Shown here one piece after another: positions 53,536-63,117 of a stretch of DNA of 64,000 nt. The stretch covers positions 54,066 to 118,065 of the forward strand of contig PCYA01000012.1 in the NCBI GenBank assembly GCA_002762795.1, read 5' to 3'. The position numbers and the translations under genes were made by a program. The notes beneath the pieces were generated by a model. It did not search any database. It was not told the origin of the DNA and saw only the letters and a program-made list of their open reading frames with translations. The DNA is from Candidatus Woesearchaeota archaeon CG10_big_fil_rev_8_21_14_0_10_37_12. GTDB lineage: Archaea > Nanobdellota > Nanobdellia > Woesearchaeales > ARS49. Position 1 is the first letter of the stretch. Every line of letters begins with the position of its first letter.

Positions 53536-56028
53536 ATGACAGAAAAATATAACCCACACGAAGCAGAAATTAAATGGATGAACTACTGGGAAAAACAAAA
53601 CACATACAAATTTGATCCAAAAAGCAACAAGCCAGTTTACGCAATAGACACACCACCACCAACAGTATCAGGCAAAATGCACGTTGGACATTCATTCAGC
53701 TACTCACGTACAGACTTCATTGCACGATTCCACAGAATGATCGGCAAAAACGTATTCTATCCATTCGGAACAGATGACAATGGCTTAGCAACAGAAAGAC
53801 TCGTAGAAAAACTCAAAGGCGTAAACAGCAAAAAAATGAAAAGAGAAGAATTCGTAAAACTCGTACTCGAAACACTCAAAGAAATCACACCAGAATTTAT
53901 CAGCGATTGGAAACGCATAGGCGTTTGTGCAGATTATTCAATTTATTACTCTACTATTGATAATCACTGCCAAAAACTAAGCCAACTAAGCTTTATAGAT
54001 CTATACAAAAAAGGCAGAGCATACCGCGCAGAAAAACCAATCATCTTTTGCCCAAACTGCAAAACAGTCATCGCACAAGTAGAAATGGAAGACAAAGAAC
54101 TCCAAAGCACACTCAACTACATCAAAGCAAAACTCGAAGACGGCAGATACATCATCTTTGCAACAACAAGACCAGAACTCATGCCGGGCAATATTGGGTA
54201 TAGCATAGACGAGAAAGGCAAATATGTTGATGTAAAAAAAGAAAATGAAACATGGATTATTGCAGCAGACGCATACGAAAAATTCAAAGACGAATGGCAA
54301 TTGGAACAACCAAGCAAACCATACCTAGGCAAAGAATTAATTGGCAAAAAAGTAACAACACCAATCATTAACAAAACATTCACAATAACACACGACCAAA
54401 GCGTAAAAACAAACTACGGAACAGGAATAGTATACTTTTGCAGCTACGGAGGACTAGACTGCGTAGAATGGTTAACAAGACACAAAGAAGCAGAACCCAT
54501 ACACATCATGGGATTAGACGGAGTATACAATGAAAAATGCGGCGAATACCAAGGAATGAACACGCAAGAAGCACGATCAGCAATACTTGAAGACCTTGAA
54601 CAACTCAGAGTACTTATCAAAAAAGAAAAAATCAATCATACAGTAAACGTACACGAACGATGTGGAATAGAAATAGAATACATCAGCACAGCACAATGGT
54701 TCATCAAAATACTTGACCTAAAAGATGATTTGCTGAAACGAGGAAATGAACTAAACTGGCATCCAGAACACATGAAAAACAGATACGACAACTGGACAAA
54801 AGGACTACACTGGGACTGGTGCATCAGCAGACAAAGACACTACGGAATACCAATACCAGTATGGTATCACAAAAAAACAGGAGAAGTACTCATAGCAGAC
54901 GAACAAAGCATACCAATAGACCCAACAACACACAAACCACCAAAACACCTAACAGAAAACCCAGATGATTACATCGGAGAAAAAGATGTATTGGATACGT
55001 GGGCAACAAGCAGCTTAACACCACAAATCGCTATTGAACTCATTAATGATGAACACATGAAGAAAAAATTATTCCCAATGGATGTACGACCACAAGCACA
55101 CGACATCATAACATTCTGGCTATTCAACACAGTAATCAAATCACACTTGCACTACAACAAACTACCATGGAAAGACACAATCATATCAGGCTGGGTATTA
55201 GACCCAAAAGGCAGAAAAATGAGCAAAAGCAAAGGCAACATTATCGACCCAAGAGAACAAATACAAAAATACTCAGCAGATGCACTTCGCTATGCCGCAG
55301 CAAACAGCAAATTAGGACAAGACAACCCCTACAAAGAACAAGAACTCACAGCAGGAATAAAATTAACTACCAAGTTATCGAATGCAAGCAAATTTGTGTT
55401 TATGAATTTAGAAGGATACGACTTCACAGGTAAAACAATAGATGTACTAGACAAATGGATTTTAACAAAGCTTGCAAAAACAATCCACGAAACAACAATA
55501 GCATTTGAAAACTACGATTACAGCAAAGCGCGCGCATTGGCAGATGAATTTTTCTGGCACGACTTCTGCGATTATTATTTAGAACTCGTTAAAGGAAGAA
55601 TCTATGAAGGCAATGCCGAGCATAAATCAAGCGCACAAGAAACACTCTACCACTGCATGTATGCTATTCTACGATTATACGCTCCAATCATACCATTCAT
55701 CACAGAAGAACTCTATCACAAACACTTCAAAACACAAGAACAAACTGATAGTATTCATTTAACCAGTTGGCCAACACAACCTGAAATACATGAAGACGCA
55801 GAAAAAATAGGAGATACTATAGTAACAATACTCGCAGACATACGCAAAAGAAAAACAGCAGCACAAAAAGGAATGAACGCACCAATCAAAAAACTAACCA
55901 TTGAAAGCAAACTTGACTTAAGTCTGGCATTGGATGACTTGAAAGCAGCAACTTGTGCAGAAACAATTGAAATAGGAAAAGCACAAGAAGAAATTAATGA
56001 AGGATTGAAGATTAGTGTTGAATTCTGA
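53536..56028 (+). CDS. valS: valyl-tRNA synthetase
   Basis: PPPTVSGKMHVGH (HIGH region) and KMSKSKGN. 830 aa. GAGGA lies 4 nt upstream. Confidence 0.95.
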   Translation: MTEKYNPHEAEIKWMNYWEKQNTYKFDPKSNKPVYAIDTPPPTVSGKMHVGHSFSYSRTDFIARFHRMIGKNVFYPFGTDDNGLATERLVEKLKGVNSKKMKREEFVKLVLETLKEITPEFISDWKRIGVCADYSIYYSTIDNHCQKLSQLSFIDLYKKGRAYRAEKPIIFCPNCKTVIAQVEMEDKELQSTLNYIKAKLEDGRYIIFATTRPELMPGNIGYSIDEKGKYVDVKKENETWIIAADAYEKFKDEWQLEQPSKPYLGKELIGKKVTTPIINKTFTITHDQSVKTNYGTGIVYFCSYGGLDCVEWLTRHKEAEPIHIMGLDGVYNEKCGEYQGMNTQEARSAILEDLEQLRVLIKKEKINHTVNVHERCGIEIEYISTAQWFIKILDLKDDLLKRGNELNWHPEHMKNRYDNWTKGLHWDWCISRQRHYGIPIPVWYHKKTGEVLIADEQSIPIDPTTHKPPKHLTENPDDYIGEKDVLDTWATSSLTPQIAIELINDEHMKKKLFPMDVRPQAHDIITFWLFNTVIKSHLHYNKLPWKDTIISGWVLDPKGRKMSKSKGNIIDPREQIQKYSADALRYAAANSKLGQDNPYKEQELTAGIKLTTKLSNASKFVFMNLEGYDFTGKTIDVLDKWILTKLAKTIHETTIAFENYDYSKARALADEFFWHDFCDYYLELVKGRIYEGNAEHKSSAQETLYHCMYAILRLYAPIIPFITEELYHKHFKTQEQTDSIHLTSWPTQPEIHEDAEKIGDTIVTILADIRKRKTAAQKGMNAPIKKLTIESKLDLSLALDDLKAATCAETIEIGKAQEEINEGLKISVEF

Positions 56029-56029
56029 A

Positions 56030-57106
56030 TTATCTATACACAGCTTTAAACTTTTGAGTGTTTGACTCCACAACATCTGTTGAATCACAAAACTGATTTA
56101 TAGACCCTATTTCCAATTTTATTGCTTTTATTCTTTTATCTTTAATCTGTTTTTTAATCTCTTGAGCAAATAGCTTCCCATTAATAACTAAAAAAGGCCT
56201 GTCGTGAAATTGTTCAACAGTTGTTTTCAGAGGCTTTGTAATCTTTAAAGAGTTATGCAGCTTTGCAAGATACTCATATGCTTTAGAAAGATATTTCTCC
56301 CGTTTTTTCCAATTATTAGCTCTAAGTATTTTATTAAGAATTGGTTTTAGTTCTTTTGCAGATTTTAGTTTACTGAATCCAGTTCCAAACCATTTTATGT
56401 AAGGCGTATATTTTCGTTCCATCAAAAAACATAATCTCATTATGTCTTTAACGAGTCTTGTTGCAACAATTTTTGATCCAATTTCATCATTTAACTCGCC
56501 ACATCTACCCATAAAATGTTCCTCTTGAGAAATTCTTTTCCATTGGCACTCAAGAAGATATAACCAAACATCCCTTGGATAATACTTGAATCTTGCTAGC
56601 TTTTTATTCAATTCTAAATCATCATGAAAAACGTTTCCTTCCGAAATAGTCAATAGTTTATGTTCTGGAAAAATAAGCCAGTCATAAATTGAAATTTTTT
56701 TGTTAATATCAAAATGAAGATACTCTTTGAAAAAATATTCAATAGAATATATCTCGATTCTATGGCGAATTATTCCTTTGTTTATTTTTTTAGCTACCTT
56801 AACGCCTTTTTTATCAAGCGGTGTAAAATGAGTTGAAAAACCTCTGAATTCATAGGGCAGTTCTCTACTAAACACTTTAGATATTTCGGTTTTTTTATTT
56901 ATGTCTTTTTTTGATAAGAATAACAATATTCTTGGCCCCCAATCATGATCCATTGATCGTTCAGTGTCGAAACCAATAACATCAGAACCAGGACCTAGTA
57001 ATCCTGCAGAATATTTAAGATTTGGATAGAGTTTCTTTAAAGAAGGTTTAATTAATTCCTTAAAAAATAATTCGCTTAATTTTTTTCCTTTAACGAAGGA
57101 GATCAT
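56030..57106 (-). CDS. hypothetical protein, DUF4037/nucleotidyltransferase-like
   Basis: The block GLLGPGSDVIGFDTERSMDHDWGPR, recalled from DUF4037-type proteins. Confidence 0.4.
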   Translation of the reverse strand: MISFVKGKKLSELFFKELIKPSLKKLYPNLKYSAGLLGPGSDVIGFDTERSMDHDWGPRILLFLSKKDINKKTEISKVFSRELPYEFRGFSTHFTPLDKKGVKVAKKINKGIIRHRIEIYSIEYFFKEYLHFDINKKISIYDWLIFPEHKLLTISEGNVFHDDLELNKKLARFKYYPRDVWLYLLECQWKRISQEEHFMGRCGELNDEIGSKIVATRLVKDIMRLCFLMERKYTPYIKWFGTGFSKLKSAKELKPILNKILRANNWKKREKYLSKAYEYLAKLHNSLKITKPLKTTVEQFHDRPFLVINGKLFAQEIKKQIKDKRIKAIKLEIGSINQFCDSTDVVESNTQKFKAVYR

Positions 57107-57163
57107 ATTTTTGAAAGATCTTAAAGCGATATAAACTTTTTGTTTACTGCTTCTTTTAAGAAG

Positions 57164-57553
57164 CTACAATTTCACACTAAACCCAACAACCTTCTTCTGC
57201 CAATCTAAATAACTCAACTTTGCAAGCTTGCCAGAACGAATACGCTCACTCACCTGCCCAAGAAAACGAGTTAAACGTTCAAGAATCACATCTTCATCCT
57301 GCTTAAACCTGATTACCAAAGCATTTGCCAAAGGATGATTATCCAACGAATTTGGCTTATGCGAATCTTTTAACTTTTGCCGTAATTCTTTAAACCAATC
57401 AGTGGCTAACTGCTGCGGATCCTTAATCTCCAAATGCTTCACTAACGCTTTCTGCGAACCATCATCAACAAGCAACTGAATTTTAACGTAACTCGTCTGC
57501 GGATCAAAATCTTTCACTTCAAAAGACTTAATGGATACGTCAATGGTTTTCAT
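57164..57553 (-). CDS. hypothetical protein
   Basis: 129-aa ORF. TATA-like ATATTTATAAAC lies ~30 nt upstream. Confidence 0.5.
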   Translation of the reverse strand: MKTIDVSIKSFEVKDFDPQTSYVKIQLLVDDGSQKALVKHLEIKDPQQLATDWFKELRQKLKDSHKPNSLDNHPLANALVIRFKQDEDVILERLTRFLGQVSERIRSGKLAKLSYLDWQKKVVGFSVKL

Positions 57554-57593
57554 AATAAAAAATGAGCAGTTCCTGTTTATAAATATTATAGCA

Positions 57594-57635
57594 GAGAAGT
57601 ATACAGTAAGCAGTTGACAGTTTGCAGTTCAAAGT
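57594..57635 (+). repeat. GTAARCAGT-type repeat, copy R8, abutting element B
   Basis: gagaagtatacagtaagcagttgacagtttgcagttcaaagt. Confidence 0.45.
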
Positions 57636-57724
57636 AAAGAGAGGACTGTGCTCTTCTGGCTTGCAGTCTCTCGATGAGGTCCTCTCTTTAGAACTCACCT
57701 GTGAATCTTAACATAGAAAGCCAG
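57636..57724 (+). ncRNA. candidate structured RNA or DNA element, copy B
   Basis: 11-bp stem AAAGAGAGGAC (57636-57646) / GTCCTCTCTTT (57679-57689). Inner stem is GACTG/CAGTC. The loop CTGGCTT (57656-57662) is complementary to AAGCCAG (57718-57724). Confidence 0.4.
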
Positions 57725-57782
57725 TAAATGTTGACTTTTCTGAAGCTAAAAACATATAAACCAAACAAAACCCTAAAAACAC

Positions 57783-58970
57783 ATGCTCTGGCTCGACAAA
57801 TACAAACCGAAACTGGAAGAAGTACCGCAAAATACAACCTTATTGGAAAACTACGTCTTAAACTATCTGAAACAAAAGAAAAAAGCACTCTTAATTCACG
57901 GACCAGCAGGCACAGGAAAAACTGCAGCAGTGTATGCACTCGCAAAAAAACATAATCTCGAATTAGTAGAAATAAACGCATCAGATTATCGAACAGCAAA
58001 AGAAATAGAAGCAAAAATAGGAACAGCAATGAAACAACAAAGCCTGTTCGGAGGCAGCAAACTTATTCTTGTCGATGAACTGGACGGTATATCCGGCGTT
58101 AAAGACAGAGGAGGAATCACCGAGCTTGTCAAACTCTTTCAAAAATCAACATTTCCATTCATTCTCATCGCAAACGATGCATGGGACAAAAAATTCAATT
58201 CATTACGAACAAAAAGCCAACTTTTGGAATACTCTGCAATCGAAACAAACAATATGCTGCCTGTTTTATTGAACATTGCAACAAAAGAAAACTTGCCTGT
58301 TGACGAAATTGTTCTCAAAACAATAGCGCGACGAAGCGGAGGAGACTTGCGAGGAGCAATAATTGATTTACAAATTCTTGCTGCAGCAGACGAACTCACT
58401 ATTGATGGAATCAACACGTTAAGTGAACGAGAACAAAGCGAAACAATCAAAAATGCCCTCGTAAAAATCTTCAAAACAACAGACCCTTCAGTCGCATTAG
58501 GTGCTCTAAACCTAGTAGACCAAAACATAGACGAAAGCATGCTCTGGATAGATGAAAACTTGCCAAAAGAATACTATGGAACAGACTTAGCACGAGCATA
58601 TAACGCACTCGCAAAAGCAGACGTGTATAAAGGAAGAATTATGCGCTGGCAATACTGGAGATACTTATCATATGTCAACGTTTTAATTACAGCAGGAATA
58701 GCAGTAGCAAAAGACCAAAAAAATCCAAAAATGATCGACTACGAAAGAACACAACGAATTTTAAAAATATGGATGGCAAACCAAAAATATGCCAAACGAA
58801 AAAGAGTAGCAGCAAAAATAGCACACGCAACACACTGTTCTCATAAGAAGGCTTTGCAAGAAACACTACCAAACATACAGTATTTATTCAAACAAGGACA
58901 TACAACCACAGATTTAATTGCAGAAGAATTAGACTTGGATGAAGAAGAGTTGGAGTGGTTGAGGAAATAG
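57783..58970 (+). CDS. rfcL: replication factor C large subunit
   Basis: WLDKYKPK and LIHGPAGTGKTA, followed by an LVDELDG-type box. TATA-like ACATATAAAC lies ~27 nt upstream (leaderless look). Confidence 0.9.
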   Translation: MLWLDKYKPKLEEVPQNTTLLENYVLNYLKQKKKALLIHGPAGTGKTAAVYALAKKHNLELVEINASDYRTAKEIEAKIGTAMKQQSLFGGSKLILVDELDGISGVKDRGGITELVKLFQKSTFPFILIANDAWDKKFNSLRTKSQLLEYSAIETNNMLPVLLNIATKENLPVDEIVLKTIARRSGGDLRGAIIDLQILAAADELTIDGINTLSEREQSETIKNALVKIFKTTDPSVALGALNLVDQNIDESMLWIDENLPKEYYGTDLARAYNALAKADVYKGRIMRWQYWRYLSYVNVLITAGIAVAKDQKNPKMIDYERTQRILKIWMANQKYAKRKRVAAKIAHATHCSHKKALQETLPNIQYLFKQGHTTTDLIAEELDLDEEELEWLRK

Positions 58971-58971
58971 A

Positions 58972-59718
58972 TTACTTCTCATGACCGCCCAAATAAATTT
59001 TCTTAATCTTATCACTTTTCAAAATTTCTCTGCCGCCGTGCATTGCAACACGACCTTCTTCCAACACATAAATTTTATCCGCAAACTCACACGCAGCTTT
59101 TGCATTTTGCTCAACCATTAAAATAGCAGTGCCTTCATCACGAATCTCTTTTACTTTCTCAAACACTTCCTGCATTGTTTTTGGAGCCAAACCAAGAGAC
59201 GGTTCATCTAACAATAAAAGCTGAGGGTCTTGCATTAACCCTCTGCCCATTGCCAACATTTGCTGCTGGCCACCAGACAAAGAATATGCATTATCATATA
59301 ATTTTTTTCTTAACACAGGAAAATGACCAAGCACTTCATCCATTCTAGTGTTGATTAATTCTTTTTCTTTAGTCATAAAAGCGCCCATCTCAAGATTTTC
59401 TTTAACAGTTAAACCAGAAAATACTTGCCTGCCTTGCGGAACAATTGCAATACCCATCTTAATCCGGTCATGCGTTGGCAATTTTGTAATATCTTTGCCT
59501 TTGTACATAACTTTGCCTTTATACACATCACACAAATTAAACATTGACTTCAAGATGGTACTTTTTCCTGCACCATTTGGACCAATAATCAGCGTAATAT
59601 CACTCGGATTAATATCCATGTCAACACCAAACAAAATTTGCAACTTACCATAACCAGACTCAACACTACGAAGCTGCAAAAATTTACTAGTGTCCTTCAC
59701 TGATTTTTTCTTTGCCAT
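58972..59718 (-). CDS. livF: branched-chain amino acid ABC transporter ATP-binding protein LivF
   Basis: GPNGAGKST, LSGGQQQML and LLLLDEPS. Last gene in the canonical livHMGF order. Confidence 0.85.
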   Translation of the reverse strand: MAKKKSVKDTSKFLQLRSVESGYGKLQILFGVDMDINPSDITLIIGPNGAGKSTILKSMFNLCDVYKGKVMYKGKDITKLPTHDRIKMGIAIVPQGRQVFSGLTVKENLEMGAFMTKEKELINTRMDEVLGHFPVLRKKLYDNAYSLSGGQQQMLAMGRGLMQDPQLLLLDEPSLGLAPKTMQEVFEKVKEIRDEGTAILMVEQNAKAACEFADKIYVLEEGRVAMHGGREILKSDKIKKIYLGGHEK

Positions 59719-59719
59719 T

Positions 59720-60403
59720 TTACTTACCCAAATATGCCTCTAACACGCGCTTATCTTTTTGAACTTGCTTCGGAGTGCCCCTCATCAAAACTCTGCCTTC
59801 AGCCATAACAATAACTTCATCACTAATACTCATCACAAAATCCATATCGTGCTCAATAAACATAATTGTTTTTCCTTCTTTGTTTAACTGCTTTAAAATC
59901 TTCTTCAACTCTTGACGAACACTAGGATTCACACCTGCAGTTGGCTCGTCAAGCATTAACAACTCATGCGGGTGAAGCAAAGCTCTTGCAATTTCCAACA
60001 ACCGCATCTGACCATAACTCAACGCACTCCCTTTTGTATCAATTGGTAATTTAAATGCAACCTTCTCTAACACATCCCTGATTTCTTTTTCTGAACAAGG
60101 ACGAGAAATCGTCAAATTTTCTTTAACTGTCAAATTTTTGAATAACCTCGCTTGCTGAAACGTCCTACTAATTCCAACACGCGCAATCTTGTGCGTTGGA
60201 AGCCGAGTTATGTTTTCTTTTTTGAAATAAACAGAACCATCATCAGCACTAATAATATTACAAACTAAATTAAACATAGTTGTTTTCCCCGCACCATTTG
60301 GGCCAATAACACTTGTGATCTTACCTGGCTTAATATCAAAGGAACAATCCTTTACAGCATACACGCCACCAAAATGCTTTGCAAGATTCTTAACGCGTAT
60401 CAT
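59720..60403 (-). CDS. livG: branched-chain amino acid ABC transporter ATP-binding protein LivG
   Basis: GPNGAGKTT, LSYGQMRLL and LLMLDEPT. Confidence 0.85.
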   Translation of the reverse strand: MIRVKNLAKHFGGVYAVKDCSFDIKPGKITSVIGPNGAGKTTMFNLVCNIISADDGSVYFKKENITRLPTHKIARVGISRTFQQARLFKNLTVKENLTISRPCSEKEIRDVLEKVAFKLPIDTKGSALSYGQMRLLEIARALLHPHELLMLDEPTAGVNPSVRQELKKILKQLNKEGKTIMFIEHDMDFVMSISDEVIVMAEGRVLMRGTPKQVQKDKRVLEAYLGK

Positions 60404-61257
60404 GAAAAATCCACCTTCCCAAACAAACCTTTCGGCCTGTAAATTAATATGAGCAATAAGATCAGTGCAAAAATCATTTCCCGCATCGGACCAAGCACAG
60501 AACTTGGGAACCCAATAAATCTGAGGGGTTCAGGAATTAAGAACAAAACAATCGTACCAATAGCAGAACCTTTCACAGACGCAAGACCACCAACAATCAA
60601 CATACTAAACATCAAAATCAAATCATTAATGCCAAAAATAGATGGATCAATAAACGTAATGTAATGCGCAAACAAACCACCAGCAAAACCAGCAAACAAC
60701 GCAGAAAAACCCAACATCAACGCCTTATGTGCGAACGTATTCTTGCCAAGCATTTTCGCAGCAAGCTCATCATCACGAATTGCTTCACAAGTTAACCCAA
60801 ACCGCGATCTGGAGATGTACCACATCGCTAAATAGCTTACCACTGCAAGGACCACAACAACAAACAAAAACTCAGTGTTTCCTTTCACAATCTTAGGAAT
60901 GCCTGGAATGCCTAACGCGCCTCTTGTCACATCAGTCCAATTTCGCGCAACACTGCCGAGAATAAAAGTAAATCCTAATGTGGCTAAAGCGAGATAGTCA
61001 CCTTTTAATCGTGTTGTAGGCATTGCAAGAATAATGCCCATTACCATTGCAGCCAACGCTCCAAGAGGAATGCTAATCCATAACGAAACACCCTGCACAG
61101 CTAACAACGCACTCACATATGCACCAATACCAAAAAATCCAACATGACCAAGATTCAACAAGCCAGTGAAACCCACTGCGAGATTCAATGAAAAGGTTAC
61201 AATACTATAAATTCCTATGAGAATTGCCAAATGAATCACATAATTAATGAACGCCAT
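60400..61257 (-). CDS. livM: branched-chain amino acid ABC permease LivM
   Basis: GLLNLGHVGFFGIGAY is the typical LivM block. 4-nt overlap with livG. Confidence 0.85.
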   Translation of the reverse strand: MAFINYVIHLAILIGIYSIVTFSLNLAVGFTGLLNLGHVGFFGIGAYVSALLAVQGVSLWISIPLGALAAMVMGIILAMPTTRLKGDYLALATLGFTFILGSVARNWTDVTRGALGIPGIPKIVKGNTEFLFVVVVLAVVSYLAMWYISRSRFGLTCEAIRDDELAAKMLGKNTFAHKALMLGFSALFAGFAGGLFAHYITFIDPSIFGINDLILMFSMLIVGGLASVKGSAIGTIVLFLIPEPLRFIGFPSSVLGPMREMIFALILLLILIYRPKGLFGKVDFS

Positions 61258-62130
61258 TTATGCCTCCCTCACTTTCTTACCAAGCAAACCAGACGGTTTG
61301 AACAACAGGAAAATGAATAATAGTACAAATGCAATCGCATCTTTATAACCAGAAGGCAACCACCAAATACCAATGTTTTCTACTAAACCAAGAATAAACG
61401 AGCCCAATACTGCACCTGGAATACTTGCCAAGCTCCCAATAACTGCACCAGTAAATCCTTTGATTACTAATGAAACACCCATTTGAGGATAGAGATTCTG
61501 CTCGATACCTATTAACACGCCCGCAACACCTGCAAGAAAACTTCCAATAATAAACGTGTACGTGTAAATCTTCTCAGGATTAATGCCAACAGTCTGCGCA
61601 ACTTCTTTATTATCAGCAACAGCACGCATAGCCTTGCCAAGCTTTGTACACTTCATCAACCACCACAAAGCAAGCAAAAGCAAAATTGATACTACAATGA
61701 TAATAACCTGAATAAACGTAACTCTCGCACCAAGCGCATCAAACACAGGATTCACAGTAGGAACAGTCTTAACATCAGCACCCCAAATAGCAAGCACAGC
61801 AGCATTAATAAAAGTCATCAAAGCAATACTTGCAATCAACAACACTGCACTCGAAGCTTTAATCTTTCTCAACGGCTTGTACACAACCCAATTCATCACA
61901 GCACCAAACAAACTTGTCACCATAATAGCTAATACTACAGCAAGCCAAAAGTTAAGCCCAGCCATCACTGCAAAAGTATAAAGCAAATACGCACCTGTAG
62001 CAAGCACAGCACCATGCGCAAAATGCATAAACTTCGTCACACCATAAATTAACGAAAAGCCAGACGCAACTAACGCATAAATCGCCCCTGCAATAATCCC
62101 ATTCAAAATCAGTTGTGTTGCAATACTCAT
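61258..62130 (-). CDS. livH: branched-chain amino acid ABC permease LivH
   Basis: QLILNGIIAGAIYALVASGFSLIYGVTKFMHFAHG is the typical LivH N-terminus. Confidence 0.85.
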   Translation of the reverse strand: MSIATQLILNGIIAGAIYALVASGFSLIYGVTKFMHFAHGAVLATGAYLLYTFAVMAGLNFWLAVVLAIMVTSLFGAVMNWVVYKPLRKIKASSAVLLIASIALMTFINAAVLAIWGADVKTVPTVNPVFDALGARVTFIQVIIIVVSILLLLALWWLMKCTKLGKAMRAVADNKEVAQTVGINPEKIYTYTFIIGSFLAGVAGVLIGIEQNLYPQMGVSLVIKGFTGAVIGSLASIPGAVLGSFILGLVENIGIWWLPSGYKDAIAFVLLFIFLLFKPSGLLGKKVREA

Positions 62131-62546
62131 TTTAATTCTCCGCAGTATTTTGTTAATTCTCTCGTTAACTTGGGAATTTCTATTAATGCCTCATTCACGG
62201 TTTCTTTGGAAACATCATCACCATAATAATTAATACCATTTCGCAGTTTTCTATACCTATCAAACTTATTGGCTGTTGTGTCCTCAGCAAGTATTTCCTT
62301 AAGGAATGCAGCAATACAATCATGAGAATTAAATTTATACCCTTTAATAAAACCAATTGCTTCACAACACTGTCTTAAACCCTCGTATAATTCTCTGACT
62401 ATGGACTTGAACGTGCTTTCAGTTTTAGGAATTTTTGATGCAGTTAAAATTGCTTGTTGTGAAGCTTTTAATAAACTCTTTGCTCGCAATTTATCTACTG
62501 ATACTTTTTTAACAAGCTCATTTTGCAACGCGTTTTCGAACTTCAT
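62127..62546 (-). CDS. HEPN-like domain protein
   Basis: 139-aa all-helical ORF with a KFDRYRKLRNGINYYG block. 4-nt overlaps with both neighbours, and paired with an NTase gene. Confidence 0.5.
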   Translation of the reverse strand: MKFENALQNELVKKVSVDKLRAKSLLKASQQAILTASKIPKTESTFKSIVRELYEGLRQCCEAIGFIKGYKFNSHDCIAAFLKEILAEDTTANKFDRYRKLRNGINYYGDDVSKETVNEALIEIPKLTRELTKYCGELK

Positions 62547-63076
62547 GCAACCTCTAATTGTCCTGACAAGGTCATACCATTTACAATATTATTAACTAAT
62601 TCTTTATTTTTCTTCTTTGCAGTTTCCCACTGCTTTTTTGTGAACTGATGAATGCTTAACTGTTTTCCTATTTTTTTTTCATACTCGTTAAGATTTAATT
62701 TCTTTGAAATATTTGAGATAATGCAAAAGTCAACATCGCTATTTTTGTCATCTTCTGCACGAGCAAAACTTCCAAATAAGATTATTGGAGGGTATTCGTA
62801 TACTTTTTCCAAACATTCAACGATTTCTGACATCCTTAACAACTCCAAATTGTAATACAACTTTATGTTTTTATATTTTTTTGATTCCTGATTTGCAAGG
62901 AAAACTGAATAAGGCTTTCCTTTTTTCTGAACTAAAACCCCTTCTTTTAAATAATATAATATATACTTTCTGACTGTTGTATGATTGATAATTGTTTTCT
63001 TTGCAAGCTCTCGAATCAAAAACCCTTGATTGGGACTTTCGAAAAAGCTCTTCAAAATGCCAATATTTACTTCCAT
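62543..63076 (-). CDS. minimal nucleotidyltransferase (MNT-like) with an N-terminal wHTH
   Basis: GSFARAEDDKNSDVDFCII is the G-S-x(n)-D-x-D NTase motif. Confidence 0.65.
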   Translation of the reverse strand: MEVNIGILKSFFESPNQGFLIRELAKKTIINHTTVRKYILYYLKEGVLVQKKGKPYSVFLANQESKKYKNIKLYYNLELLRMSEIVECLEKVYEYPPIILFGSFARAEDDKNSDVDFCIISNISKKLNLNEYEKKIGKQLSIHQFTKKQWETAKKKNKELVNNIVNGMTLSGQLEVA

Positions 63077-63117
63077 GTGGAAACTTTAATTTACGCATGT
63101 ATATAAATGTTTCCAAA

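Noticed and set aside
57728-57955. 75-aa ORF starting at the ATG that abuts element B.
   Set aside because: It overlaps rfcL out of frame, has a basic low-complexity composition, and the rfcL TATA box lies inside it. It is most likely a shadow ORF.
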